Of a stretch of DNA of 48,569 nucleotides, positions 1 to 9,984 are shown piece after piece. The stretch spans positions 1 through 48,569 of the forward strand of contig CAXYYA010000028.1 of assembly GCA_964293155.1 (NCBI GenBank). The letters are read 5' to 3'. This stretch comes from an uncultured Bacteroidales bacterium. Lineage in GTDB: Bacteria > Bacteroidota > Bacteroidia > Bacteroidales > Dysgonomonadaceae. Under the pieces are notes generated by a model. The model saw only the letters and a program-made list of their open reading frames with translations, made no database searches and was not told where the DNA came from. Position numbers and translations under genes: made by a program. The stretch's first letter is position 1; each line of letters starts with the position of its first letter.

Positions 1-1129
1 TCCCTCCCATAATGCATTTCACCAGTGTTGATTCTCCCTCGCCGTTTTTTCCCACAAAAGCACCTTCCTCACCCCGGTTGATGGTCAGTGTTACGTTTGA
101 GAATACCTGATGATCGCCATATTTTTTGGCTAAATTTTCAGTAACGACCGGATAGGAGCCTGATCGTGGTGCAGGAGGAAACTTTAAATTCAGGCGTGAA
201 TTGTCCACTTCATCCACTTCAATGCGTTCGATTTTTTCGAGTTGTCTGATGCGTGACTGTACCTGGTTGGATTTGGTGGCTTTGTATCGAAATCGTTCGA
301 TGAATGCCTCGGTATCCTGAATTTGTTTCTGCTGATTTTCGTAAGCCCGTTGCTGTTGTTCACGCCTCTCTTTTCTAAGTTCGAGGTATTTGGAGTAATT
401 TACTTTGTAATCGTGGATATTCCCCAACACAATTTCGATAGTGCGGTTGGTTACGTTGTCTAAAAAAGCTTTGTCGTGTGAAACCAGCATCACGGCATTG
501 GTTCGTGAGATAAGGAAGGTCTCTAGCCATTGGATAGATTCAATGTCCAGGTGGTTGGTCGGCTCATCCAGCAGGAGTACGTCGGGTGATTGGAGCAGAA
601 TCTTGGCCAGCTCAATGCGCATCCGCCATCCACCGCTGAATTCTTGCGTCGGGCGGTTAAAGTCGGAACGATTGAATCCTAACCCCAGTAATGTTTTCTC
701 GGTTTCGGCTTCAAAATCATTGATGCCCGACATCAGAAGCAACTCCTGCACGTCGGTGGATCGTTGAATAATATGGTGGTATTCGTCCGATTCATAATCG
801 GTCCGTTCAGCCAATTGCCGGTGAAGCACTTCCAGTTCCTGTTCCAGTTTTTTTAAGTGCTCGAACGCAAGTGCTGCCTCTTCCTTTACCGTTCGTTCAT
901 TGCTGAGCTTCATCTGTTGTGGCAGGTAGCCCACCGTGACTTCTTTCGGGTACGAAATGATGCCGCTTGTAGGCTGTTGTGCTCCCGCCATAAGTTTCAG
1001 TAACGTGGATTTTCCCGCGCCGTTTTTCCCGGCGAGTGCAATTCGTTCGTTCTTGTTGAGAACAAAAGAAATACTGTCGAGTAACGTAAAGCCGCCGAAT
1101 TCAACGGTGAGGTTATCAATGGAAATCAT
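1..1129 (-). CDS. ABC-F family ATPase (tandem ABC domains, EttA/Uup/YbiT-like); partial, the 3' end lies outside the window
   Basis: Minus-strand translation from the ATG at 1129 reads MISIDNLTVEFGG...LAGKNGAGKST (Walker A). It continues through a linker into a second Walker A (VGKNGEGKST) at the window edge. There are no TM segments. The + strand ORFs 441-767 and 936-1133 are antisense artefacts. Confidence 0.85.
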   Translation of the reverse strand, partial: MISIDNLTVEFGGFTLLDSISFVLNKNERIALAGKNGAGKSTLLKLMAGAQQPTSGIISYPKEVTVGYLPQQMKLSNERTVKEEAALAFEHLKKLEQELEVLHRQLAERTDYESDEYHHIIQRSTDVQELLLMSGINDFEAETEKTLLGLGFNRSDFNRPTQEFSGGWRMRIELAKILLQSPDVLLLDEPTNHLDIESIQWLETFLISRTNAVMLVSHDKAFLDNVTNRTIEIVLGNIHDYKVNYSKYLELRKERREQQQRAYENQQKQIQDTEAFIERFRYKATKSNQVQSRIRQLEKIERIEVDEVDNSRLNLKFPPAPRSGSYPVVTENLAKKYGDHQVFSNVTLTINRGEEGAFVGKNGEGESTLVKCIMGG

Positions 1130-1303
1130 CTGATCGAAATTTTGTGCAAAGAAACATCATTATAACCAAACACGGAATTATTTAACTTATATATTTAAGA
1201 AAACAATGTTAAAACATAAATTTAGGCAACTTCATGCAAACGATTGCATCCGATGTGAAGTACAAATAAATCAAAAGATATATATAAATCAATGAAAAAA
1301 ATG

Positions 1304-1311
1304 TAAATTTG
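1304..1311 (+). promoter_or_regulatory. Candidate Bacteroidetes sigma-A -7 box (TAaaTTTG) upstream of the susC-like gene
   Basis: Matches the TAnnTTTG consensus 62 bp upstream of the ATG at 1373. A second match, TAATTTTG, lies at 1358-1365. No clear -33 TTTG was found. Confidence 0.25.
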
Positions 1312-1372
1312 TAAAAAATGGATTTTATTGAGTGAAATGTCTGATTTTTATAACTTCTAATTTTGAACGATT

Positions 1373-4315
1373 ATGACAAAAAGTGAAAAACAAAATTTAT
1401 CACAGCTGCGGAAAGCAATCATAATTTTATTTTTATGCATGTTTTCTTTTGGTATGATGGCTCAGAGTCATACGGTTACCGGTACGGTGAAAGACAACAA
1501 AGGTGAGCCACTTATTGGTGTTACGGTTCAGGTTCAGGGAACTACAACAGGTACGGTTACGGATATTGACGGAAATTTCGCAATTCAAAATGTGAGGCCA
1601 AATGATAATTTGGAGTTTTCGTATGTGGGAATGAAATCGCAAGTTATTCCTGTTCAAGGCAAGACGAATATTCAGGTAACTTTATCGGATGATTCAGAGT
1701 TGCTGGACGAGGTGGTTGTTGTAGGTTATGGTACGCAAACAAGAAGGGAGATTACCGGATCGGTGGCGAATGTAACCGAAAAAGACTTTAATCAGGGTGT
1801 TACCCGTAATGCAGCTGATTTACTGCAAGGTAAAGTTGCAGGGTTGTCCATTACTTCTGCCAGTGGTGACCTAAACGATAACCCGATTATCAGACTCCGT
1901 GGTGTGAATACGTTACAGCGGGACAACGGCCCGTTCATCGTTATTGACGGAGTTCCCGGAGGAGACTTGTCTTCTGTGGCGCCTCAGGACATCGAATCAA
2001 TATCGGTATTGAAAGATGCATCTTCTGCAGCTATTTATGGATCGAGATCGGCCGGAGGTGTTATTCTCATCACCACAAAACGCGGATCGGGAAGCACACA
2101 ACGAATTTCGTACGATGGTTACCTGGCATTCTCGAATGCGGCGAACAAACCCGATATGTTGTCGGCGCAGGATTGGCGTGATTATGTGAACAAGAATAAT
2201 TTGCAAGAGCAAGCTAAAGCTTTTGACAGGTATAATGCCGATACCGATTGGTTCGGCGAAATTATGCGGACGGGAATTTCACACAACCACTCCTTATCGC
2301 TTTCAGGCGGCGGATCGGCTCACAATTACAGGGCTTCCGTAAACTACCGGAATATGGAAGGAATTATGAAAGACAATAGTTTCGAAAACATAAACTTCCG
2401 TTTCCAATTCAGTCAAAGGGCGATAAATAATAAATTGAGAGTAGGGTTAACAGGAGTTGCCAATATCCGGAACATATCTCCCAGTAATAAAACCAATACG
2501 ATGCTGGCATCCAATTTCCTGCCCGTTTATCCGGTTTATAATCCCGACGGTAGTTGGTTTGATTTAACGGAATGGAACCAAGGCAACCCATTGCGACAGA
2601 TCGCTGAAAATTACAGAGATATCAAAAATGTGGATTTCTATGGAAACGGCGATGTCGAGTTTAATTTTACGGAAGATTTGATTGGTAAATTAACGCTTTA
2701 CAAACAGCGCATGGGATTCGATTATGCGCAGTACGACAGTAGTGAGACCTATTCGGGAAGAGACCCGAAAGGATTTGCCAACCGCTCGGCTTTCACCAGA
2801 AATAAAGATTTGTTGGAATCAACATTAACCTACAATACCAGGTTGGGAGATGCTCACAAAATAACTCTTCTCGGAGGTTACTCGTGGGAGCAAAACGATT
2901 TTCAACGGGTTTATGCACAAAACAGGTTCTTTATTACCAATTTATTGGGAGCAAATGACTTGCAGTCGGGGCAAAATCTTTTGCCCGAAGATGTTGGATC
3001 GGAAAAGAACATGTTCCGTCTTATATCATTCTTCACCAGAGCTAATTATGCGTTTAAAGAACGCTACATGTTAACGGCTACATTGCGCTATGACGGATCT
3101 TCAAAATTCGGGCCGAATAACAAATGGGGTACTTTCCCATCAATTTCGGCTGCATGGGGAATTTCACAGGAAGAATTCATGAAAGACGTAAACTGGCTGG
3201 ATGATCTTAAATTGCGTGTTGGTTATGGAGTTACAGGCAACCAGGACGGACTTGATCCGTACAGAACGCTGGAACTTTATGGCCGGTACGGTTCGTATTA
3301 CGATTCGGGAAATTGGTACACCGCTTACAGAATTTCGCAGAATGCCAACCCCGACCTTAAATGGGAACAAACATCTTCCTTCAACATTGGTTTGGACTTT
3401 GTTCTGCTAAAAAACAGGTTGAGCGGAACGGTGGAGTGGTACAAAAAGAATACTTCGGACATGTTGTATGAATACACGGTACCAACGCCTCCTTTTTTGC
3501 ATGACAGAATTATGGCGAATGTTGGCGATATGTTGAACACAGGTATCGAGTTCGCTCTCACGGCCGGAATCATACAAACCAAGGACTTCGGCTGGACTAC
3601 ATCGTTCAACGGCGCATTCAACAGAAACAAAGTTACGAAACTTTCAAACGATTTATATTCAACCAATAGATTGTATGTGGGAGACGTTGGCGGAATTCGC
3701 GGTATGTCGGCCACCACTTCAACAATCATCGAAGAAGGTTACCCTGTAGGTCAGTTTTACATGTTGAAATGTGATGGAATTGATTCCAACGGAAAGTATA
3801 TCATAGAAGATATTGATAAAGATGGCACCATTTCCGATGCCGATCGTACGTATGTTGGAAATCCTCAACCCGATTTTGTTTTCGGTTGGCAAAACACGTT
3901 GAACTATAAGAATTGGGATTTATCGTTCTTTTTCAGAGGAACTTATGGGAATGATGTGTTGAATATCGGAAAAATAGCATACTCCAATTTGCAAAGTTTA
4001 ATCGGTGCAAATGTAAGAAAAGAAGCTATCGCAATAGGATTAAATCAAGCTCCCCAACTCTGCAGCTATTATGTTGAAGATGGTTCCCACATAAGGTTAG
4101 ACAACGCAACATTGGGATACACTTTCAATACTTCCAAACTGGGATGGCTCAATTCGGCAAGATTATACCTAACGGGTCAGAATTTGTTTGTTCTCACAAA
4201 ATACACAGGGCTTGATCCCGAAGTTCGTATGGATGGTGTCGACCCAGGGAAAGAGGAAAGGGAATTTTATCCGAAAGCAAGGACATTTACATTCGGAGTA
4301 AGCTTAAATTTCTAA
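1373..4315 (+). CDS. SusC/RagA-family TonB-dependent outer-membrane transporter
   Basis: 980 aa with an N-terminal signal and a carboxypeptidase-regulatory-like domain. A TonB plug (VVVGYGTQTRREITGSV, IESISVLKDASSAAIYGSRSAGGVILITTKRG) is followed by a large beta-barrel ending in the terminal SLNF. It is immediately followed by a SusD-like gene. Confidence 0.93.
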   Translation: MTKSEKQNLSQLRKAIIILFLCMFSFGMMAQSHTVTGTVKDNKGEPLIGVTVQVQGTTTGTVTDIDGNFAIQNVRPNDNLEFSYVGMKSQVIPVQGKTNIQVTLSDDSELLDEVVVVGYGTQTRREITGSVANVTEKDFNQGVTRNAADLLQGKVAGLSITSASGDLNDNPIIRLRGVNTLQRDNGPFIVIDGVPGGDLSSVAPQDIESISVLKDASSAAIYGSRSAGGVILITTKRGSGSTQRISYDGYLAFSNAANKPDMLSAQDWRDYVNKNNLQEQAKAFDRYNADTDWFGEIMRTGISHNHSLSLSGGGSAHNYRASVNYRNMEGIMKDNSFENINFRFQFSQRAINNKLRVGLTGVANIRNISPSNKTNTMLASNFLPVYPVYNPDGSWFDLTEWNQGNPLRQIAENYRDIKNVDFYGNGDVEFNFTEDLIGKLTLYKQRMGFDYAQYDSSETYSGRDPKGFANRSAFTRNKDLLESTLTYNTRLGDAHKITLLGGYSWEQNDFQRVYAQNRFFITNLLGANDLQSGQNLLPEDVGSEKNMFRLISFFTRANYAFKERYMLTATLRYDGSSKFGPNNKWGTFPSISAAWGISQEEFMKDVNWLDDLKLRVGYGVTGNQDGLDPYRTLELYGRYGSYYDSGNWYTAYRISQNANPDLKWEQTSSFNIGLDFVLLKNRLSGTVEWYKKNTSDMLYEYTVPTPPFLHDRIMANVGDMLNTGIEFALTAGIIQTKDFGWTTSFNGAFNRNKVTKLSNDLYSTNRLYVGDVGGIRGMSATTSTIIEEGYPVGQFYMLKCDGIDSNGKYIIEDIDKDGTISDADRTYVGNPQPDFVFGWQNTLNYKNWDLSFFFRGTYGNDVLNIGKIAYSNLQSLIGANVRKEAIAIGLNQAPQLCSYYVEDGSHIRLDNATLGYTFNTSKLGWLNSARLYLTGQNLFVLTKYTGLDPEVRMDGVDPGKEEREFYPKARTFTFGVSLNF

Positions 4316-4334
4316 CATTTTAATAATTACGATT

Positions 4335-5906
4335 ATGAAAAGAAAGTTTATATATATAATTAATATAGCAATTGCAGCACTGCTTTTTTCATGTACGAAT
4401 CTTAACGAAGATGTATATGATAAAATACCCGCAGACGAATTCGGAAACACTCAGGCTCAGATAAACTCCATTATTGCACCTATTTACAGGACACTGACAG
4501 GTCTGTGGCCCGGTGATGGTTTTGTTATTGCGGAAGAAGTTGGAGATATGGCCATTACACCGACAAGAACCGGTGGTGACTGGTGGGACGGCGGTATTCA
4601 CATGGAACTCGGACGTCACGTTTGGCAACCCCGAAACGGCGCGATTAACGGTTTGTGGAATACGGCAAGTAACGGCACGTCAACCTGTAATAAAATTATG
4701 GCCATTATTGAGGCAAACAAGTCGCTCGATGAAACTCAAAAACAGGCTGTGTATGCCGAGATCAGGGGCGTAAGGGCATTTTGGTATTATATTTTTCTGG
4801 ATTACTTTGGAAATGTACCTTTAGTAACGAGTTTCAATGATCAGGAGTTGCCTGCAACCAAGACCAGAAAAGAAGTATATGATTTTGTTGTAAGTGAGTT
4901 GAACGCGATAAAAGACCTGCTTCCCGCCGATGTTTCAGCCAAAACATACGGAAAGTTTACCAAAGGAGCCGCATATTTTCTGTTGGCGAAAATGTACCTC
5001 AATGCCGAGATATTTACCGGAACATTAACAGCTAACTCCTTTACAAAAGGAGCAGCCGAATGGCAAAAAACCATTGATGCCTGCGATGCGGTTTTGGACT
5101 TGCCTTATATCCTTGAACCAACATGGACACTGAATTTTGCCGTGAATAACGAAGCATCGAAAGAGATAATCTTCCCGTGTGTATTCACAAAGAAAGAATG
5201 GGGTAATTACATCCTTCACCGCACGTTGCATTACAAAGATCCCATCGCGTTGGGCATAAGTATCAGTCCTTGGAACGGTATTAGTGCAGTGCCGGATTAT
5301 GTAAACAGTTTCGATAACGCTGATAAGCGAAAAGCATGGTCGTTCCTTACCGGACCTATGATTGATCCGGCTACGGGTACCGTTTTATATACGCAGCACG
5401 GCAGGCCGTTGATTCACACCGTGGATATTCCCATGATCGCCGGAACAACGAGTAAATATGATGGTGTTTGGGGAGAAGTGGAACAAGAAGTCGGTGCAAG
5501 ATGTTTCAAATGGGCTATCGAACCCGGTATGTCGGCAACGTCTGAAAACGATTTTGCATTTTTCCGTTTAGCAGATGTTTATCTGATGAAAGCGGAAGCA
5601 TTGGCCAGACTGGGAAGAACAGCCGAAGCTTTGCCATTGGTTAACGCGGTAAGAACGCGTGCTTTTGATGATAAAACAAAATTATTGACTGCCGTAACGC
5701 TGAATGATATTTATAAAGAACGTCGTTTTGAGTTGGCGTGGGAGTGCTATACGCGTCAGGATATGATCCGTTTTGGAACGTTCACCGCTCCGCATTTTTT
5801 GAAACCGGAAGTAACGCCAATTTATCGCATCTTGTTACCGATACCTGTTCAGGCATTGGAGGCGAATAATAAACTGACACAGAATCCGGGATATCCTGGT
5901 TTATGA
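4335..5906 (+). CDS. SusD/RagB-family nutrient-binding outer-membrane lipoprotein
   Basis: 523 aa with a lipoprotein signal (MKRKFIYIINIAIAALLFSCTN). It is TPR-like helical and lies 19 bp downstream of the SusC-like gene, the canonical SusC/SusD pairing. Confidence 0.9.
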   Translation: MKRKFIYIINIAIAALLFSCTNLNEDVYDKIPADEFGNTQAQINSIIAPIYRTLTGLWPGDGFVIAEEVGDMAITPTRTGGDWWDGGIHMELGRHVWQPRNGAINGLWNTASNGTSTCNKIMAIIEANKSLDETQKQAVYAEIRGVRAFWYYIFLDYFGNVPLVTSFNDQELPATKTRKEVYDFVVSELNAIKDLLPADVSAKTYGKFTKGAAYFLLAKMYLNAEIFTGTLTANSFTKGAAEWQKTIDACDAVLDLPYILEPTWTLNFAVNNEASKEIIFPCVFTKKEWGNYILHRTLHYKDPIALGISISPWNGISAVPDYVNSFDNADKRKAWSFLTGPMIDPATGTVLYTQHGRPLIHTVDIPMIAGTTSKYDGVWGEVEQEVGARCFKWAIEPGMSATSENDFAFFRLADVYLMKAEALARLGRTAEALPLVNAVRTRAFDDKTKLLTAVTLNDIYKERRFELAWECYTRQDMIRFGTFTAPHFLKPEVTPIYRILLPIPVQALEANNKLTQNPGYPGL

Positions 5907-5925
5907 TCATTCACTAAATATAATA

Positions 5926-5957
5926 GAAAATGCTCAGGTTTTTCCTGAGCATTTTTT
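5926..5957. terminator. Bidirectional rho-independent terminator hairpin between convergent susD-like and hisS
   Basis: gaaaatgctcagg-ttttt-cctgagcattttt is a perfect 10-bp stem with U-runs readable on both strands. Confidence 0.6.
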
Positions 5958-5973
5958 ATCATTTGCCTTAGAA

Positions 5974-6008
5974 CAAGCGAGTTCCGACTCGCTTGATTTT
6001 TTTATTTT
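5974..6008. repeat. REP-like palindrome caagcgagt-tccg-actcgcttg plus T-run (copy 1)
   Basis: Perfect 9-bp inverted repeat followed by tttttttatttt. A near-identical palindrome recurs at 7432-7451 on the other side of hisS. Confidence 0.5.
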
Positions 6009-6012
6009 AAAG

Positions 6013-7374
6013 CTATTTGGAAATCGCTTTACCCAATTCTTCACCCGAAACCAATTTCTGTTCTCCCGATTTCATATCCTTCAACGTAATTTTACCTTCC
6101 TTCATTTCGTTTTCTCCCATTAACGCGACAAAAGGGATATTGTTGCTGTCGGCATACGACAGTTGTTTCTTCATTTTGGCGGCTTCGGGATAAATTTCGG
6201 CACAAATTCCTTTGTTTCGCAATTGGGCGAGGAGAGGCAAGATATAAGATTCTTCCTTATCGCCGAAATTCACAAAAAGCACATCGGTGGCGTGTGTAGA
6301 GTTTTCGGGGAAAAGGTTGAGTTGGTTGAGCACATCGTAAATGCGGTCGGCACCGAAGGAGATGCCGACACCCGATACGCCCGGCAGTCCGAAAATGCCC
6401 GTCAGGTTATCGTAACGGCCGCCGCCGGTGATGCTACCGATCTCTGCGTCAAGCGCTTTTACTTCGATAATAGCGCCGGTATAATAGTTGAGTCCGCGGG
6501 CAAGGGTAAGGTCGAGTTCAAGTTCGCAACCGATGCTTAATAAACCGGTTTTGTTGAGAATAAATTCCAGCTCCTCCACACCTTTCAATCCGGTTTGGGA
6601 GACCGAAAGCACGCTTTTCAGCGTTGCAAGTTTGTCGTTGTTCGTGCCTTCGAGCAATATGATAGGCTGCAATTGTTGAATAGCGGCTTCGGAGATTCCT
6701 TTTTCCCGAAGTTCTTCGTTCACCTTTTCCAACCCGATTTTATCCAATTTATCGATAGCCACCGTGATGTCGGTAATTTTATCGGCTTCGCCGATGATTT
6801 CGGCAATTCCCGAAAGTATTTTTCGGTTGTTGAGTTTTACGGATACACGGATATTTAATCTGCGAAAAACTTCATCAATGATCTGGATCAGTTCCACTTC
6901 GTTGAGCAGCGAATCAGAACCCACCACATCGGCGTCGCATTGAAAAAATTCGCGATAACGACCCTTTTGCGGACGGTCGGCACGCCACACGGGCTGAATC
7001 TGAAACCGCTTGAATGGAAACGAAATTTCGTTGCGGTGCATTACCACGTAGCGGGCAAACGGTACGGTAAGGTCGTATCGCAATCCTTTTTCCGAAATTT
7101 TGTTGGCGGTTTTAGCCGAGTTTCCTTCGGTAACGTCATCGGCGTGCATACTCGACAGGAAATCGCCCGAGTTCAATATCTTAAACAGCAGTTTATCGCC
7201 TTCTTCGCCGTATTTTCCCATCAATGTGGAAAGGTTTTCCATGGCGGGCGTTTCGATCTGGCGGAAGCCATATAGGCGGTACACTTCTTTAATGGTGTCG
7301 AAAATATAGTTGCGTTTCGCCATCTCTTCGGGCGAAAAATCGCGCGTTCCTTTGGGTATGGACGGTTTTTGCAT
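6013..7374 (-). CDS. hisS: Histidine--tRNA ligase
   Basis: 453 aa. It starts [25 protein letters not shown], has class II aaRS motifs, GGGRYDNL, and a C-terminal anticodon-binding domain. ATG start confirmed. Confidence 0.95.
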   Translation of the reverse strand: MQKPSIPKGTRDFSPEEMAKRNYIFDTIKEVYRLYGFRQIETPAMENLSTLMGKYGEEGDKLLFKILNSGDFLSSMHADDVTEGNSAKTANKISEKGLRYDLTVPFARYVVMHRNEISFPFKRFQIQPVWRADRPQKGRYREFFQCDADVVGSDSLLNEVELIQIIDEVFRRLNIRVSVKLNNRKILSGIAEIIGEADKITDITVAIDKLDKIGLEKVNEELREKGISEAAIQQLQPIILLEGTNNDKLATLKSVLSVSQTGLKGVEELEFILNKTGLLSIGCELELDLTLARGLNYYTGAIIEVKALDAEIGSITGGGRYDNLTGIFGLPGVSGVGISFGADRIYDVLNQLNLFPENSTHATDVLFVNFGDKEESYILPLLAQLRNKGICAEIYPEAAKMKKQLSYADSNNIPFVALMGENEMKEGKITLKDMKSGEQKLVSGEELGKAISK

Positions 7375-7431
7375 CGTTGTTTGTGTTTTGATTCAGGATG
7401 CAAAGATAGTGATTTTTGGGTTACGGGGGTG

Positions 7432-7451
7432 AAGCGAGTTCCAACTCGCTT
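7432..7451. repeat. REP-like palindrome aagcgagtt-cc-aactcgctt (copy 2)
   Basis: Same 8-9-bp arms as at 5976-5995. It lies in the divergent hisS/ubiB-like intergenic region. A second hairpin, aacgaat-cgga-attcgtt, lies at 7462-7480. Confidence 0.4.
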
Positions 7452-7639
7452 TAAAAATTCAAACGAATCGGAATTCGTTTTCAATCAGAAATCGTTTAAA
7501 AGTGACTTTAGGGTTTTGACTATTAAGTAGAGCTACAACAATAGCCTTGTGAAGTTTTCAAAATTTCTCCCCATTGTCGTAACTTTTTATTCATCATTCT
7601 TGTTATAAGTATTATTAAAATATCCGTAAAAAGAACATT

Positions 7640-9310
7640 ATGACTATTCTTCCCGAAAAAATAGAAAATTATTCCGGCATCATCGCTTTTATGCTTAAGT
7701 ATCGTAACAGCCACGTTTTTAACACCGTTGTGGATAATGCCGCGGACTTAGACGATGACGAAAAAACCGAAAGCGATGATTCAGGAATAACTCCGCAGGA
7801 TTTTGCAAACGATCTTAAACAGATGGGCCCCGTGTATGTGAAGTTGGGACAACTCTTATCCACACGTCCCGATTTATTACCCGAAGAATATTTGGATGAA
7901 CTGGCAAATTTGCAGGACGATGTAGAACCCATTGGATATGGGAAGATTGAGCGGTTGATAGAAGAGGAATTGGGTGTAAGAATTTCCAAAGCTTTCAAGA
8001 CATTTGATCCGGCACCCTTAGCCAGCGCTTCCATCGGCCAGGTACACAGGGCGGAATTGCCATCGGGCAAAAAAGTGGCCGTTAAGGTGCAGCGTCCCGG
8101 TATCCGGAAACAGTTTACGGAAGAACTGGAAACCTTAAAAAACATGGTGGACATGGCCGTAAAATACACGAAAACAGCCGATAAATACGCGCTGGACGAT
8201 GTTCTGGATGAACTCAGCCACATGTTAATGAACGAGCTGGACTATAAAATGGAGGCTCAAAGTCTGGTTATTTTGGGACAAAATCTCAAAGAATACAAGC
8301 GTCTTATCGTTCCTCAGCCGGTGATGGATTATTGCACTCCAAAAATCTTAACGATGGATTATGTGGAAGGTAAGAAAGTTACAAAAGTATCGCCATTTAC
8401 CAAAACGGAAGTGGATTTCACTCCATTGATCGATGAGTTAGTTAAGTCCTATCTTCAACAAGTGGTTATTGACGGTTTTGCACACGCCGATCCGCATCCG
8501 GGTAATGTACATTTTACTCCTGACAATAAAATAGCGCTGATAGATTTGGGCATGGTAGCCAAATTTAGCAATACGTTGAAAGATCAAATGTTGCGTTTGC
8601 TCCTTGCCATGAGTGAAATGTCGGGCGATAAGATCGTGGATATTTTACTGGGAATGAGCACGTATGACGAGACTGCAATGATAAAAGATTTCAGGAAAGA
8701 TGTTAACAGATTAGTTCTGGATAATCAAATCAGTATCGCTAAAGATTTAAAAACAGGCCGACTGATTATTCAAATGAATCGGATGGCTGCCGAGCGAAAC
8801 ATAAAAATAGCCGTAGAACTAAATCTGCTCGGCAAAATATTGTTGAATATTGATCAGATTATTGCAACATTAACTCCCGATTATGATTTTCAGAAAGCTA
8901 TAAACGAAAATGCCGAACGGTTGATGACGCAGAAAATGACGCAGGAATTGAAACCTGAAAACATGTTTAAAATGCTGTTGGAAACCAAAAAATTGGGCGA
9001 AAATTTACCGGAACGTTTAAACAAAATTTCTCAACGTTTAGCGGACAACGAGTTTGAAATTAAAGTGAATGCGATTGACGAAAAACGTTTTACCGATGGT
9101 TTTCAGAAAGTGGCTAACCGAATTACTGTGGGGTTAATAATTGCGGCACTTATTCTTGCCGCTTCTATGCTCATGCGTATGCCCACAAGTTTTACCATTC
9201 TCGGATATCCCGGGTTACCCCTTATTTTCTTTTTAATTGCATCCGGAGCAGGGATTATGTTGGTTTATAATATCATATCGAAAGACGAATATTTCCGAAA
9301 AAGAAAATAG
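7640..9310 (+). CDS. ABC1/UbiB (ADCK) family atypical protein kinase with a C-terminal TM anchor
   Basis: 556 aa with a kinase-like lobe (VAVKVQRPG, HADPHPGNV, IALIDLGMV) and two C-terminal hydrophobic helices. Confidence 0.88.
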   Translation: MTILPEKIENYSGIIAFMLKYRNSHVFNTVVDNAADLDDDEKTESDDSGITPQDFANDLKQMGPVYVKLGQLLSTRPDLLPEEYLDELANLQDDVEPIGYGKIERLIEEELGVRISKAFKTFDPAPLASASIGQVHRAELPSGKKVAVKVQRPGIRKQFTEELETLKNMVDMAVKYTKTADKYALDDVLDELSHMLMNELDYKMEAQSLVILGQNLKEYKRLIVPQPVMDYCTPKILTMDYVEGKKVTKVSPFTKTEVDFTPLIDELVKSYLQQVVIDGFAHADPHPGNVHFTPDNKIALIDLGMVAKFSNTLKDQMLRLLLAMSEMSGDKIVDILLGMSTYDETAMIKDFRKDVNRLVLDNQISIAKDLKTGRLIIQMNRMAAERNIKIAVELNLLGKILLNIDQIIATLTPDYDFQKAINENAERLMTQKMTQELKPENMFKMLLETKKLGENLPERLNKISQRLADNEFEIKVNAIDEKRFTDGFQKVANRITVGLIIAALILAASMLMRMPTSFTILGYPGLPLIFFLIASGAGIMLVYNIISKDEYFRKRK

Positions 9311-9490
9311 CGGGAACATCATTTTAAAATTAACGTGAGTTCAATACAAGAAAAGGCTCTTAATTGATTTATAATAAGGTAATAAGGTCTTTGTTCTATT
9401 TTAATTTAACTCTACTAAGGTTGCTTTTAAAAAATAAGGTTTCCAATACGCTTTGAACCCTGCCTACCGCAGGCAAGCTTATTTACAAAT

Positions 9491-9839
9491 ATGATTATCC
9501 GCATAATGTCCTACATCAATTGCCACGTCCCTTTACAGGCTGTGTAAAAAACATCGCAACAGTATCAATTTGTCATTCCGACGATAGGAGGAATCTTATT
9601 TGTCATAAATTATAGACTCTTCACTCCGCAAAGCTGCGTTCAGAGTGACAAAAAGACACCTAATTTTCATTTTTACACAGCCTCTTTAGGGCGTGGTTTT
9701 TGAGATACAGAGCAGATAGGCTTTAGCCGAAATTTATACTATTATTGGGCTGAAGCCCGTAATTCTTAGACATTATTATCCCACGACTTAAAAATCGTGG
9801 CAATAGATAAAGCCGTTAGGACACTTTGCGGATAATCAT
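9491..9839. mobile_element. MITE-like element, family A (TIR ATGATTATCCGCAnARTGTCCTA...ATTGCCACG), copy 1, carrying a nested family-B insertion
   Basis: Terminal inverted repeats atgattatccgcataatgtcctacatcaattgccacg and cgtggcaatagataaagccgttaggacactttgcggataatcat. The internal gggctttagccgaaatttat...gggctgaagccc core is shared with the copies at 17755-17960 and 46226-46420 (the latter in reverse orientation). No ORF. Confidence 0.6.
9536..9684. mobile_element. MITE-like element, family B (~149 bp, TIR AGGCTGTGTAAAAA), copy 1, inserted inside family-A copy 1 with a TTTA target-site duplication
   Basis: caggctgtgtaaaaa...tttttacacagcctc, with an internal hairpin cactccgcaaagctgcgttcagagtg. 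It is flanked by direct TTTA/TTTA. The uninterrupted target, ccctaaaggg, is seen in the family-A copy at 46226-46420. Confidence 0.6.
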
Positions 9840-9984
9840 TTTTACGAATAATATAACCTTAATAGGAATCAACGCAAGCAAAGTTTCAGCCTTATTAGCT
9901 TATTTACTGATTCTTATGAAATGAGTTGTGTCAAACTCACGTTAATTATTTCTTTCGCATTTTACACGGATTAGAACCGATAAT

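Larger units (their letters stand above)
9328..9947. repeat. Outermost 14-bp inverted-repeat pair (aattaacgtgagtt / aactcacgttaatt) bracketing the nested MITE region
   Basis: Perfect 14-bp inverted repeat at 9328-9341 and 9934-9947 flanking ~590 bp of repeat-derived DNA. Confidence 0.35.

Noticed and set aside
441-1133. + strand ORFs 441-767 and 936-1133
   Set aside because: They are antisense to a clearly recognisable ABC-F ATPase (Walker A motifs read on the minus strand).
6163-7309. Several + strand ORFs inside hisS, and likewise the antisense ORFs inside dcp (15166-16222), ubiB (7669-8223), ffh (22017-22856) and the TBDT
   Set aside because: They are fully contained in, and antisense to, strongly supported genes, with no independent signals.
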